From Styela clava (Eukaryota): a stretch of DNA of 64,000 bases. Under the pieces are notes generated by a model. That model searched no databases. It was not told the DNA's origin and worked only from the letters and a program-made list of their open reading frames with translations. Of this stretch, positions 1-12,074 are shown piece after piece (the first letter of the stretch is position 1; each line of letters starts with the position of its first letter). Location: NCBI RefSeq assembly GCF_964204865.1, contig NC_135256.1:7998001-8062000 (forward strand), read 5' to 3'. Both the position numbers and the translations under genes were made by a program.

Positions 1-1399
1 TCTCACATTATACGAATAATACAGATTATACACACAAACAACTTACATTTAACAGGTGATACTAAAGAAGCTGATATTCCTATTTTACGAAAAACTGCGT
101 ACATAAATTCAGGACTGTTTACATACAAATAATATGGCATTTAAATAGTTACAAACTCACAAATTTGCCTTTCCAATAGAGCTGATGAAATTGATCATCA
201 TCATGGCACTCCTTTAGACAGTTTACTTGACTTGGAACAGCTGTAGAAATGAATGAAAGATCAGAAAACAATGTTACATTAAAGAACTAGTTATAATAGC
301 ATGAACCATTGCATTCATGATAAGTTATTGGCAATTTATAGTTATCAATATACTCACACTAGCATTTGGTGAAATTCATGGGCATGGTAGCCTACTACAA
401 TATTCTAGTTTCATTTTATATAGCACGAGTCAGATTCATTGATACCATAAATATTGTACATACAGCATACCAATAACATTTAATATGATTTTACATTGGT
501 GTATATCAAAATATCCAGCCAACCTCTCCCTATCTATTTGCTCCTGGCCTATTTTTTTGATCCGACTTCGGGAACTTATGAATTAGCTAATGACAAGATA
601 CATACACCGGGGCACAGTGCAGCAGTGATACATGGATATCGTATGTAAATCTGCTCATACACAAAATATAATCAAAAGGAATCTTTTGGGCAATGGTAGA
701 TCTAAATATATCATTTTTGTTAAAACATTTTGAAGTTTATATTACTGTAGACTATTAGGAGTATTTGTTCGACGGTACCATTGCACAACTGCTTACCAAC
801 GAAACTATACTAAAGTACTGGGTCCTACCTATGTCTGTGTATGACAAGAACCCATATAACAATACTGGTACAACTGTAGTCTACAATCCAAGCCAAAATA
901 ATTCTTCACAAAAACTGTTAAAAAAATTAAAAAAACGCAAATACAAAAATATATCATTACGCCAGGTACGTATTTACCTTACTGGATTTATTATAGTACC
1001 GGTATAGCCCAATTCCACTTTGTAAATAATTTTGTTCGGGCGTAGATAGGTACATGTACGGTACCGGTACCACCGCAAATCCTACATATCGCAGCCTCAT
1101 GGTACAGGTATACAATAATTTATTCGTCGTGACGCTTGCACAGAGCTCCCTGCAACTTCTTCTGTCGCCTTAGAATACAATATAGATTGTACGGTAAGCG
1201 ATAACATCCAACACGACAAGCGCCACAATCCAAATGCCTCGACAAACCGAGTTAAACCACCTTCAGACCAGGTTCACAAATGCGACGATTTTAAGTCGAG
1301 ATTTACGTCACAGAAAGTTAAACCACCTTTTTGATCCGGACCTAAACCGCCGATCCAAAGTTAAACTCCGATTCGAGGTTAAACTACCTTTTTGATCGC

Positions 1400-1600
1400 C
1401 ACCTAAATGTATAAATTGCCTCGAATCGGGACATACGGCGCGCGGCTGTAAAAATATAAAGCGGTGCCGAACTTGCGCAAAGGAGGAACATATCAGCTCC
1501 AAATGCCCGAATAAAGTCAAAGAGTCCCAACAGTCGCTCAGGTGATGGCTTAAGACCACAATAGTAAACAAACCGACAACGAAAACAAAACAAAGCAAGT
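1400..1600 (+). pseudogene. Tx1-like ORF1 fragment (family B), two CCHC zinc knuckles
   Basis: Reads CINCLESGHTARGC...CRTCAKEEHISSKC on +; closely matches 42940-43130 at DNA level. Confidence 0.8.
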
Positions 1601-4600
1601 TTAGGAATCAGATTACCCGAGACGAATTGAAAGAGTTTCTGAAGCTATTTGAATTATCAAAGGACGACCTAGACGGATACCGAATCTGAATCTGTTGACT
1701 TGAGTTTATCGACTAGGCTGAAAGCGATCCAACTAGATCGGAAAGTATGGGAAATGAAAGGGCAGGGCATAAAACTCCCTGCTCACATGATGTATGTTTC
1801 GGATAAGATACCCGTATATTTGAATTATGTTCCTGTAAAGATGTAAAATAAAGTTCTAAAAGAATACTTCGAGGCAAATCATGGCAAAGTCCACCATGTG
1901 GCACACGTCTACGACGGGGACTATAAAACAGGTACCAGATGTTTGATCATGATAAGAGAGGATATTCTGACAAAAAAGCCGGTAAAAAGTTATTGGAGTA
2001 CATGGTTGCACGCTTTTTATAAAGCACTACGGTATCATCCCTACGTGCTTCCATTGTACTAACCCATGACACATCCGTGCATTATGCCCATTGAGATCTA
2101 ACCAAAATAAAACTCAAAGGAATCTGGAATCTGAACAGAAATCATCAACTCAACTAATCAATCAAAATAATCGCGACGTGATTGAAAAGCCCAGTCTACC
2201 GGAACCTGAACAACATGCTGATCAAACCAAAATTGAAAAACAAAATGACGAGACAGCAAAACAGAATGCGGACAATGCTGACGAGTTTGAAAAGAGATTA
2301 CAGGAGTTGGACACCACAACTCCTACTAGCTGGGCAGAAGAGTCAAGGTTTATAACAGCCCAAGACTCGCTTGACTCCATTAGCTATAGCAATAATAAGA
2401 GGTGTAGACAGTCAAACAGTAGCAGCAATACATTACTGAGCAGACCCAGAAAATATGCTAGTGTGACCGACCCACGAGCGGTTTTACAATGCCCGAAATG
2501 TCGCAAAAACATGGGTCTAATGAGTGACCAGAAATAAATCCACTGTATAACATGTAAAATAGATTATAGCCTTTTTTGGACCTGCTGTGACGAGGATGAT
2601 CTCGTCATAATTGAAAACGACAAATTTAAATTCTGGCAACAATCAGATTGCGCAAAATGTAGAAAACGAAGTATACCCACCAAGTACTGCAATACTCTGA
2701 TACCGTATTCAGAATTTATAAAAGCCTAAAACGCATGCCCAAAATGCAAGTCCCCACGCCCCAAATTGAGTTTTTGAAATCAACAATAGTTAAATACAAC
2801 GCCCCTTCTCAATTAGGCCCAAATAACGTTGCGACATATGCTCAATTCAGGAGATACACGCAATCAAACAGGACGAACTAATTTGGTCACAAGAAAGGAA
2901 GTAGGGAAAATCTATTTGTAACTCGTATACGTCTATATCGGCTGGAACAGGAATATTGATATGCAATGAAAGTGTAGAAACGGAAGAGCACAACGCGCAA
3001 GTAGACAGCAAAGGAAGGATCATTGGAATTAATGTAAACGTATCTGGTCACAAAATACACCTCGTCAACGTATATGAATACATCGATAGCGGAAACCTAC
3101 GAGTCCGCCGTGAAACTTAATCGAGGCTCTATCATATTTTGTGAACACCCGAACGCTCATAATAATCGGTGGTGATTTTAACATGGTAATGGACCTGCAA
3201 CTCGATCGTTCAAATTTTTCAAAATTCAGCTACTACGATAGACCAACTATAAACAGAATGAACAATGTGCTAAATGACTTAAATTTGAACTATTACTTTC
3301 GGACGCTGTACGAAAAAAAAAAGAATTCACCTTCCACTACCCGACTGGCTCGTCAAGGCTCGATCGTTTTTATACGAACCATCTCATTATATCAACGTCC
3401 TGTCAGTTTTCAGACCATGACGCTGCTCAGATCGAATTACCCATCACAAACATTAAAACTAACGGCCCGGGAATCTGGAAGAACAACGTTACCCACTACA
3501 AAATGAAACTTTTAAATCAATAGTTAGTGAGAAATGGCAAAAATGGAACACACTCACCTGTATATTTAACACAATGGTGGAACCACGTAAAAAAAAATTA
3601 ACACAACATCGATTCATTTTAGCGAAGCAAAATCAGATACAAAAACTAGAGCACGACTTGAAGATAATCAGGCAAAGAATAATAAACGGGGAGCAACTTT
3701 TCACTAAATATACTCGAACTAAAGCCAAATTATGAAATCTTCATGCAGCGAACCTCTCTACTATCAAAATGCAATTCAAAATTGACGATTTAGAAATTAA
3801 TAAAAACTAACGCCAGCTTCATTTTTAATAAAATTCGAGAGCTAAACAAAACAACACCATCCCAAAAATAGGTTAATTCGGTATAATTCGGACCAAAGAA
3901 GAAGAAAAACAACACATAGGGGGAACATTTTACCAAAAGCTATTCCAAAAAGAATTGGGAGACGACCAAGATCTTTCAAATACTTTTACACCCAGCAATT
4001 CGGACGTGGATACCTCAGACTTAGTACGCAAAATAACAGAGCAGGAACTTAAATACGTGGTTTTCAATTTGGCTTTGAACAAAATGCCTGGACCGGACGG
4101 CATAAGTGCCGAATTTTACTAAACATTCTGGGATATTCTAAAGAAGGACCTACTCATGATCATTAATGAAATTTATCTAGATTCATCCCCGACTGCTGAA
4201 ACAACATATGGAATTGTAACTTTGATATATAAAAATGGCCCAACGGACAATTTAAATAACTATTGACCGATTAGTTTTTTAAACATAGACATTAAAATTT
4301 TAAACAAAATACTTGCAGAAAGGATAGAGAAATTATTACCCCATTTGACCCATTGTCACCAATTATTAAATCCGCCCCACAAAATATCGGACATCAACTT
4401 CATACTAAGAGAAATTTACTCGGACATGAACTACGAAAAATCTGGAGCAATTATATCCATAGCCTTTAGAAAAGCATTCGATTCCATACACCATAACTAC
4501 CTTTTTGAAATTTTGAAAACCCAAAACATGGATCCCGCCTTCGTAAATTACGTAATCAATCTATATGAGGTGTCAACTTCTTCAATTTTAGTAAACGGCC

Positions 4601-6030
4601 ACCTAACTCACCCTAACTCAGTCAACTTGAATAGGGGAATTAGACAAGGCGATCCCCTATCAGAAATTCTCTTTACTTTGGCAATCGATCCACTCTTACA
4701 AGAAATAAACCGTGAAAAATCTATAAATCCCTTCTACCTAAAGGGAACGAGTGCAAAGATTAAATCCCCCACGTAAGCGGATGACGTCACATTAACACTA
4801 ACGGACAATTTAGCAATACATATGTCTCTGGAACTAATTAAAGAATTTGGGAAGATATCAGGGCTCAAAAACAAAGGGATCAAATTCGGAAATATTTCAA
4901 ACTTTAAAGAAGTCAAGTGGACAGACAACATCAACATTCTGGGACATAACTACGGAAACATGAAAGACAAAGTTAGTAAGTGGAATAAAGCATTTTCAAA
5001 AAACCCATCTATAATGGGCGTTTCATCACATAGTTATTTGGCTCTGAAAAAAAAGTCAAAAATAATTACAAGTAAAATTCTCCCACTTTTCACATACACG
5101 GCAAAGTCCACCCCCACCACCGGAAACAACAAAATTAAAATTAGGAAAATGATAATGAGACTTGTTTTCAACATGAAAGAATGCATCGACTATATAATCT
5201 TAGTCCGACCGAAGATAATAGGTGGTTTCAGCGTTATAGATATACCAGTTTTCCTAGACCTAATTTTCATCGACCCAGTTATAAAATACTGCCAAAACTC
5301 TATTTTCCAGAACGAGGTAATACAACAAAGAATGGACTACCAATTAGCATATCAAGTACGACACCCTACAGACTTCAAAATCAACTTTTCAAAACCGCAT
5401 TCAATCAACCTAGAAAGCGCCTTTGGAAGGTATGCCTCGACATTATCAAACTGTACAATATCACAAAAGACGAAATCCAAACGTGTAACCACAAGCAAAT
5501 CTACAATAGGATTATTAGAGACAGAAACCCCTGGAAAATAAAGCCTTTGGCCAACAGAAATTGATACAATTTACATGACGTCATAAACAACCCAAAACAG
5601 ACCGAGTTTCTATAAAAAGCAGCACATGGGATATTACCTACTACGGACAAGGGAAATATCGTGCCCCTTATGTCATCAATACGAAAAAACAGAAACACAT
5701 GTCTTCCTCAAATGCAAATTTGCATCAACTATAATAGAAAGAATATTAAAAGACTGGGGAACCGCTACAAATAGTGATTTACCACAGACAACAACAAAAA
5801 ACGTCATTTATCATGCTTTCCCCGACTCTATTCACCAAGAAGAGCAAGCCGCAACCCTTCTAAATTATATACTAGCTGAAATAAAAGCATCCATCTGGGC
5901 GAAAGAAATCTAAAAATTAAGTCCAGTTCACCCGTATCAACAACAAGGGTCTTACACAAATTTGTACAATACTCAGGTATACAACGGATATATCCAAGCC
6001 ATTGTAGATGGCTTCGATAAGACACCTTTC
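1600..6030 (+). mobile_element. Decayed Tx1/L1-clade non-LTR retrotransposon, family A (5'-truncated ORF1 with Cys-rich C-terminus; ORF2 APE endonuclease-RT-Zn finger)
   Basis: APE motif IIGGDFN (ORF 3141); RT motifs PGPDG, FRKAFDSI, RGIRQGDPLS; YADD mutated to *ADD near 4774; C-terminal CPLC..ETETHVFLKC (ORF 5626); many stops and frameshifts. Confidence 0.9.
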
Positions 6031-8270
6031 CGGATTTTATAAACATATGCGAAATCCGCTGTAAAACTTATTTTCCGGCCGAGATGTACATCAAATCCTG
6101 TCTGAACTGTTTTGGCTCCGGGCATCTCGCCCGTGAATGCACAAACTCTCCTTCTTGCCGGCTCTGTAAAAAGTCAGGTCATGGTCAGAAGGTCAAATTT
6201 TCCTGCCATGACATCTAGCAAGCAAGACAAGAATGTACTACGCATTTCGACTAAAAAACCGCGCGATAACGGACCTGCAACACCTTTTAAGCCACTGACA
6301 GGGACTGTGAGATATGGTTCCCCCAAAGTCCCACGATGTGTAACATTTACTCCGGTTCAGGTTGGGGAAAATAATGCCGAAACAGAAGAAATATCTTTCA
6401 ATAATAATTTTAATAAATTCCTCAGTCGGGTTACGGTCGACATCCACCCGACCCCGACTGAGTTTCAAGAGATATCAAATTCAAATTTAGTAGAACATAG
6501 TAATAGGAAATAAACCAGTAATAATAATGTTCCAATAAAGGACCAGAAAAAACAATTGGAAAATAATGAAGAAGATAGTAGTAACATCATTAGTGAGAAG
6601 GAGAGCTCTCTAGAAGTTGGTGTCTTAGATATCGCTAAACTTTCGGAGAGCTCTGATGAAGACCACGAGTCGTTTCTAAAGAAACTCCGTGGTCATAGAA
6701 AATCAAAAGAACCTGGACGTAAATGGAACTATTCTCAAATTATAAGATCTTCTGATCAAAGGGACTACAAGAGGGGACGAGAGAGCACGTCTTCAGACGT
6801 GTCATCTGCTCTCCGTCCAAGTAAACTCGGGTTTTTAACCCAATTGCCGTCAGGTGAATAACCAGATAACTTTTAAATATAAAATAGCTCCTTTTCTTAA
6901 TAACCTTCTATCTCTACCTTACTGATATTCTTCTATACCGTTGGACTACCGTCTGTATAGTAACTATACAGCTTTCCATAGTTCATTGCCTTACCTAATA
7001 ACTTGTGTACAGACTATTGTAAATAGCATAATGTCGATATTAATAACTATCCTCTCCTAACTTTCCTTTTAAATGGATACTCTAAGCATAGCCTCAATCA
7101 ACTTTAATGGGTTAAGCTTAAATAGAACCAGGCTATGTCTCTGGTTACGGAGCCATAAACTTGAAATAGTATCTATACAACAATCACACCGTTGTAATAA
7201 GGACGATATAGAATCCTGGGCGACAGATCTGGAATATACCGCATATCTTAACACCATCCTCCATGATGACTTAACCATCAAACATTTTCGTGCTGGAACT
7301 GGTATTCTGATTAATAATAACTCCCCTTGTACGGTTGTATCGTACAAGATTTCAATCCTTAATAGGCTCGACCGACTGGACCTTTTTGTATAATAATAAT
7401 AGTATTTTTTGCTTAAATAATACTTATGTCCCGTCGGTTCGAGGCCTTATCTAAACCAACTTCATGGAGAAGATGTGCGGTGTATTCCAGACTCTTGATC
7501 CCTTGGATCCCATAATAATTTTAGAAGATTTTAACCTTGTCCTGGATGAGCGTGATGTTCTCATTAAACAGAACTTCAGGCTCACCGGGGCAGAGAAAAT
7601 AATAGGACCATCTTTACAAGCTGCAGGTATGATAGACATCTACCGCAGGAAATATCCTGCTGGTAGGGTGTATACCTGTAAAATTGGCGCACAGGCGCGT
7701 AGGTAGGATCGACCGGATATATATCTCCGAGAGCTACGTGACCTGTGTGAAATATATCCGCCATTTTATTAACACTGTTTCCGATCACACCTTGTCTTAA
7801 AATCTTCTCTGAAGATAAGCAAGGACAATCTAAAATCTTTTTCCTCGAAGGTAAGGTGGGGCAAGGGTGCTTGGAAAAATAATATCTCCTTGTACCAGGA
7901 TCCTGTTCATATAGGCATTATTTCTAATAAATATAAGGAAATGGTCCACTACTTGGAAGATTTTTCTTTAATTCAAGGATGGTGGGATTACGTTAAAGAT
8001 AAGATTAAGAAAATAACTTCTGCTCATTCAATCAGCAAGGCAGAAGAAAATAAAAGAAAAAAGGGTTATCTACAATACCTTATAACAAAAGGTCAAGACC
8101 ATAAAGAAATTATTAGCCTTAGAAATGAACTTCTTCTTCAACAGACAAAATAATTCTAAAGATGTAATTAAAATAGTCCATGATTTTTATGAAGAATTAT
8201 GGGGAACCACATATGATATTAATGTGGCAACCCAGGATAAATTCATAAAGATCATGGAAACAACCGAATA
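6030..8270 (+). mobile_element. Decayed Tx1-like element, family D (ORF1 C-terminal half, spacer, ORF2 endonuclease and linker)
   Basis: Zinc knuckle CLNCFGSGHLAREC near 6100; ORF 7073 SIASINFNGL...SIQQSH; EDFN; WGKGAWKNN and WWDYVKDKIK linker motifs typical of L1/Tx1 ORF2. Confidence 0.85.
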
Positions 8271-8282
8271 GACCTTAGTCAT

Positions 8283-8590
8283 TTAAAACCCATCCTACGC
8301 GCAAAAATGAAAGTGATGTAAAAAAAAATTTTTAACATTAGCTCTCATGGGAAATGTGATCAATAGAGCAGAAATTTGCATTTTTTGAGATTTTCTAGAT
8401 ATGTTTCATCGTATACGTGTGTAGTTTTGGGGATAGAATATTTTTACATTATTTTTGATATTTTTATCATGATAAACATGGTCAAGATGTTTGATAATCG
8501 TTCATTAAAATTTTAATGATCGCGGTGTTTCCGATGACGTCATTCTCACTAGACCATGAGATTCTGCCAACTCGCCGTGCTCTGTGGGAT
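8283..8590. mobile_element. Non-coding DNA-transposon-like insert between Tx1 fragments (starts at TTAA; possibly a Kolobok- or piggyBac-type non-autonomous fragment)
   Basis: Unrelated non-coding sequence starting ttaaaaccatcctacgcgc; no matching second terminus seen. Confidence 0.3.
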
Positions 8591-11500
8591 ATGCGCTGCA
8601 AATGCGGCGGATATCCTGCTACAAGAAACTCATAAAATAGATAGGGAAAAGGTTAACAAATGGTCAAATAATCTTGGTTTCGCTTTCTACCACAACGCCC
8701 CAGATAACCAAGAAACAAACCTCACACACTTTTTTGCGGGCACGGCAATCATGCTGACAAGCAATTTAACGAGCGAAGGCATTGTTTACATAACAATAAT
8801 AAACTACCGTGCACGTGCATTAGACCGACAGTATCTCGGAAGAATTATCGAAATCGTCAATGTATACGGACCCCCCTACTCAAAGACGCCATCACGCGTC
8901 AGATCCCAGCTGGACTTCTATAAGTATCTCACCTCTAGTTTAGCATCTGACGAGCAAACTGTAGATCTTATAATACTTGCAGGTGACTGACGTAGCAGAC
9001 GTCCTTCAGACTAAAAACTTCAAACTTACATAAGGCGAAAAAGCACTAAATAAATATAGGAATCCACTCTATTCAATCCGTATTATGACTACAGCCGATC
9101 TTTACAATAAAAAGAATAAACCAATCCAGGCGCATCAACAGACTATATATCTCAAAAAACACAAATGAGTTCGTTCTCCTACTTTCCAAATTTAATATCC
9201 GACCACCTACACTTACCCGCCTCGATACAAAAGCTAAAAGGGGGCATGGGGATATGGAGGAATAACACTGCCCATTATAAAAACACAGATTTTATCAAAA
9301 TAATAAAAAATCGCTATAACCTCCTCCTCGGACATCTCGAAAGTGCCAATAACTTGTTGGACTGGTGGGACGACGTAAAAGTCCAAAGAAAGAAAGAAGC
9401 GGTTTCCTATGGTATTCGGCAAAAACATCTCGCATCCGCGGAGCAACGGAAAATTGAAGAAGAAATAAGGAAATCCGCACAAGGCACGTCTTCACTCTCC
9501 AAAACCGAACTCAACACCAAAAAACAACGCCTTACATCCTTACTGGCCGAAGGGGTCAAGTTTCAAAAGATAATAGCTAGAGCGAAACCAACAGACGACG
9601 ACGATATCCCGACAAAATTTTTTTTTCAACAAAATTCTCATCCGGGAAAAACAATGTTCCTCAACCGCATACGTCTAGACGGCGCCACTACTACGGATGA
9701 CCCTCAGATAATAATCAATAAAACCCATGACTTCTGTAACAACCTGTGGGGTACCACCAGCGCTACCGAACAAGACGCACAGACTCACTATTTTAATATC
9801 ATGTCTGAGCCATCCCTATCCCCCTCTGATACAGAGGAAATGAGTGGGCTAGTCACCGAAACAGAAATCCTCCGCATAATTCAAAGTTTTGATAACAACG
9901 AATCCCCCGGAGTAGATGGATTGGGTAATGAATTTTACCTGACCTTTTGGAAAACCATAAGAAAACAATTCGTACAACTAATAAACAACGTCTTAGCGTT
10001 TGGACAAATGCCACATAGTTGGAAAATGGCCCGGGTGATCTTGATCCACAAAAAAGGAAGCACCATTGAATTAAAGAATTGGCGGCCCATATCCATTCTG
10101 AACCAGGACTATAAGATTCTAACTAAACTACTATCAAATCGCCTATCCCACAAATTTGGACTCCTAATCCACCCCGTACAAAAATCCACAATACCAGGTA
10201 GACAAATGTCAGAAATACACAGGAACTTAGAAAGTATAACCAGATACTCCCAAATCAACCAAGCCATAGTCACAATACTAACAGTAGATCAGATGGAAGC
10301 TTTTGATATGGTGAACCACGAATTTTTGCATAAACTTCTCGAAAAAATCGGAATCGGAACAAGGCTCTGAAATCTTATAAAAGAACTATACAACAACATA
10401 AAAAGTAGAATTGAAATTAACGGTGCTTTCACCCCTGAAATATGTATAAAAAGAGGAACCCTAAGTATGCTCCTCTATACCCTAAACGCTGAGCCTATTA
10501 CCAGGGCCATACTCAAGAACAAATACATCCGGGGTATAAAACTTGGCAAGAAGAAGGAAAAAATCCAGCAATACGCGGATGACACCAGTTTCATACCAAC
10601 AACATTGTACTCAATTGAGCTGATTTTTAAAGAGTTATCACTTTTCCAACTAGCAACAGGACAATCCCTAAATAAAGACAAGTCACAAATCCTATGCCTA
10701 ACCAAAGATGCTGAAAAGCATCTTGAAGGATCAATTTTCGAAAAATATCGGCGGGAGACGGTCGAAATACTAGGGGTTAATTTTGGCAAAAACGCAGGAA
10801 ACGAAGTCTGGGATAAAAAGATCAGTAAAATAACCCAAATCCTCAAGAACTCTAACTCGCGACACCTCACATGGAGAGGTAAACAAACAATCATACAATC
10901 CCTTGCCCTCCCGCAAACACTTATGGAAGCGAAAACAAGAGCGATACCAACGCAATATCTAAACAAAATTCAAGCCATGTTTTTTTAAATATCTCTGGCA
11001 CCCCGTATACTTTGAGAGCGTCGCCCGAAAAACACTTCTCCTACCAGCAAGAAAGGGCGGAATTGGTATGGTCGATATAAAATTGAAATCATACGCTTGC
11101 CTCTTTCAGAAACTAGTTACCCGACTTAATACAAAAGATCCAGTAGAATTCTGTCACTACGAAGCCCTCTACACATTGGGATAAAAAATAAAGTCTTTCA
11201 ACCCGTCACTATATAATAACTCGGCTCCCCATGCACTCCAAATTGACCAACATTGGCAGCATATTCTTTAATATAAATCACGTCATGAAATTAGCCCCAT
11301 CTGAATGGGAAGGAACATCTCTGAGATTTCTCTATAAAAAACTAAAAGAAAATATCTATGAATGCTCTAGTACAGAGTTGTGACTGGGATAGAATTCATT
11401 TAAGGGATAGGCGAGTGAAGCCGTATTTTTCCAATGTCGAGCGGCAGTCTGCGTATCGAATCAAAAGAGACGGCTTCCTTTTCGGGCATCGGAAATGGAG

Positions 11501-12010
11501 GTTTGGCCTACTTCGAAATAATATAATCTTTCAGCAACCACAGCGGAACTGTAAACTATGTAACAACGCCCTTGATACAACTCCGCATATCTTCTTGAAT
11601 TGTTCCCCGTACCTGGAACTCCATAACGCAGCCTCTCGGACTTTAGGAAAGTTAACGGGACACAACTTAGTCATACATCGCCAACAGATCTTCAACAATA
11701 GCTACAATGATAAATTAGAACTGGCGTTCTCAAACTCTTCTCTATCCTCAAATCAAAAGTTATTACCCTAAAACTCTCGCTAGACACTCAGGACAGATAT
11801 GCAACAAACTGGGACATGGAAAACGTACTCCAAAAGGTACTATTTGATTTCGCCCAATACTGTATATGGACAATTACAACTTCACGTATGGATCGATACA
11901 GAATTTCGAACTAAAACCGAATTGGAAATCTTACCTGCTCGCCATAAATGGTAGCTTAAATTTTGATAATAACATCAAACATCCCAACGGAAATGATGAA
12001 TCGGGAGCTT
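8590..12010 (+). mobile_element. Tx1-like ORF2 (family B): APE endonuclease, RT, C-terminal Zn finger and 3' end; best-preserved Tx1 copy in the window
   Basis: LQETH, VNVYGP, LAGD; ORF 9165-10370 with SPGVDGL, NWRPISILNQDYKILTKLL, DQMEAFD; QYADD in ORF 10467; CKLC..DTTPHIFLNC in ORF 11358. Confidence 0.93.
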
Positions 12011-12074
12011 CACGGTGGATGTCAGACTGTGTGCGTGTTACACATTTCGCACAGTAAGTACGCGGCGGAAAAAA

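Noticed and set aside
1-1200. Possible host exons or promoter at the window start
   Set aside because: No recognisable protein motif or consistent splice structure; only low-complexity gtaccggtac tracts.
1233-1250. ATG CCT CGA CAA ACC as another H3 head
   Set aside because: Too short, and equally explained by family B ORF1 sequence (ccgtcgaccaaacc).
6650-6678. ctgatgaagac..gtc resembling a minimal hammerhead
   Set aside because: No GAAA core follows; it is ORF1 coding sequence (SSDEDHESF).
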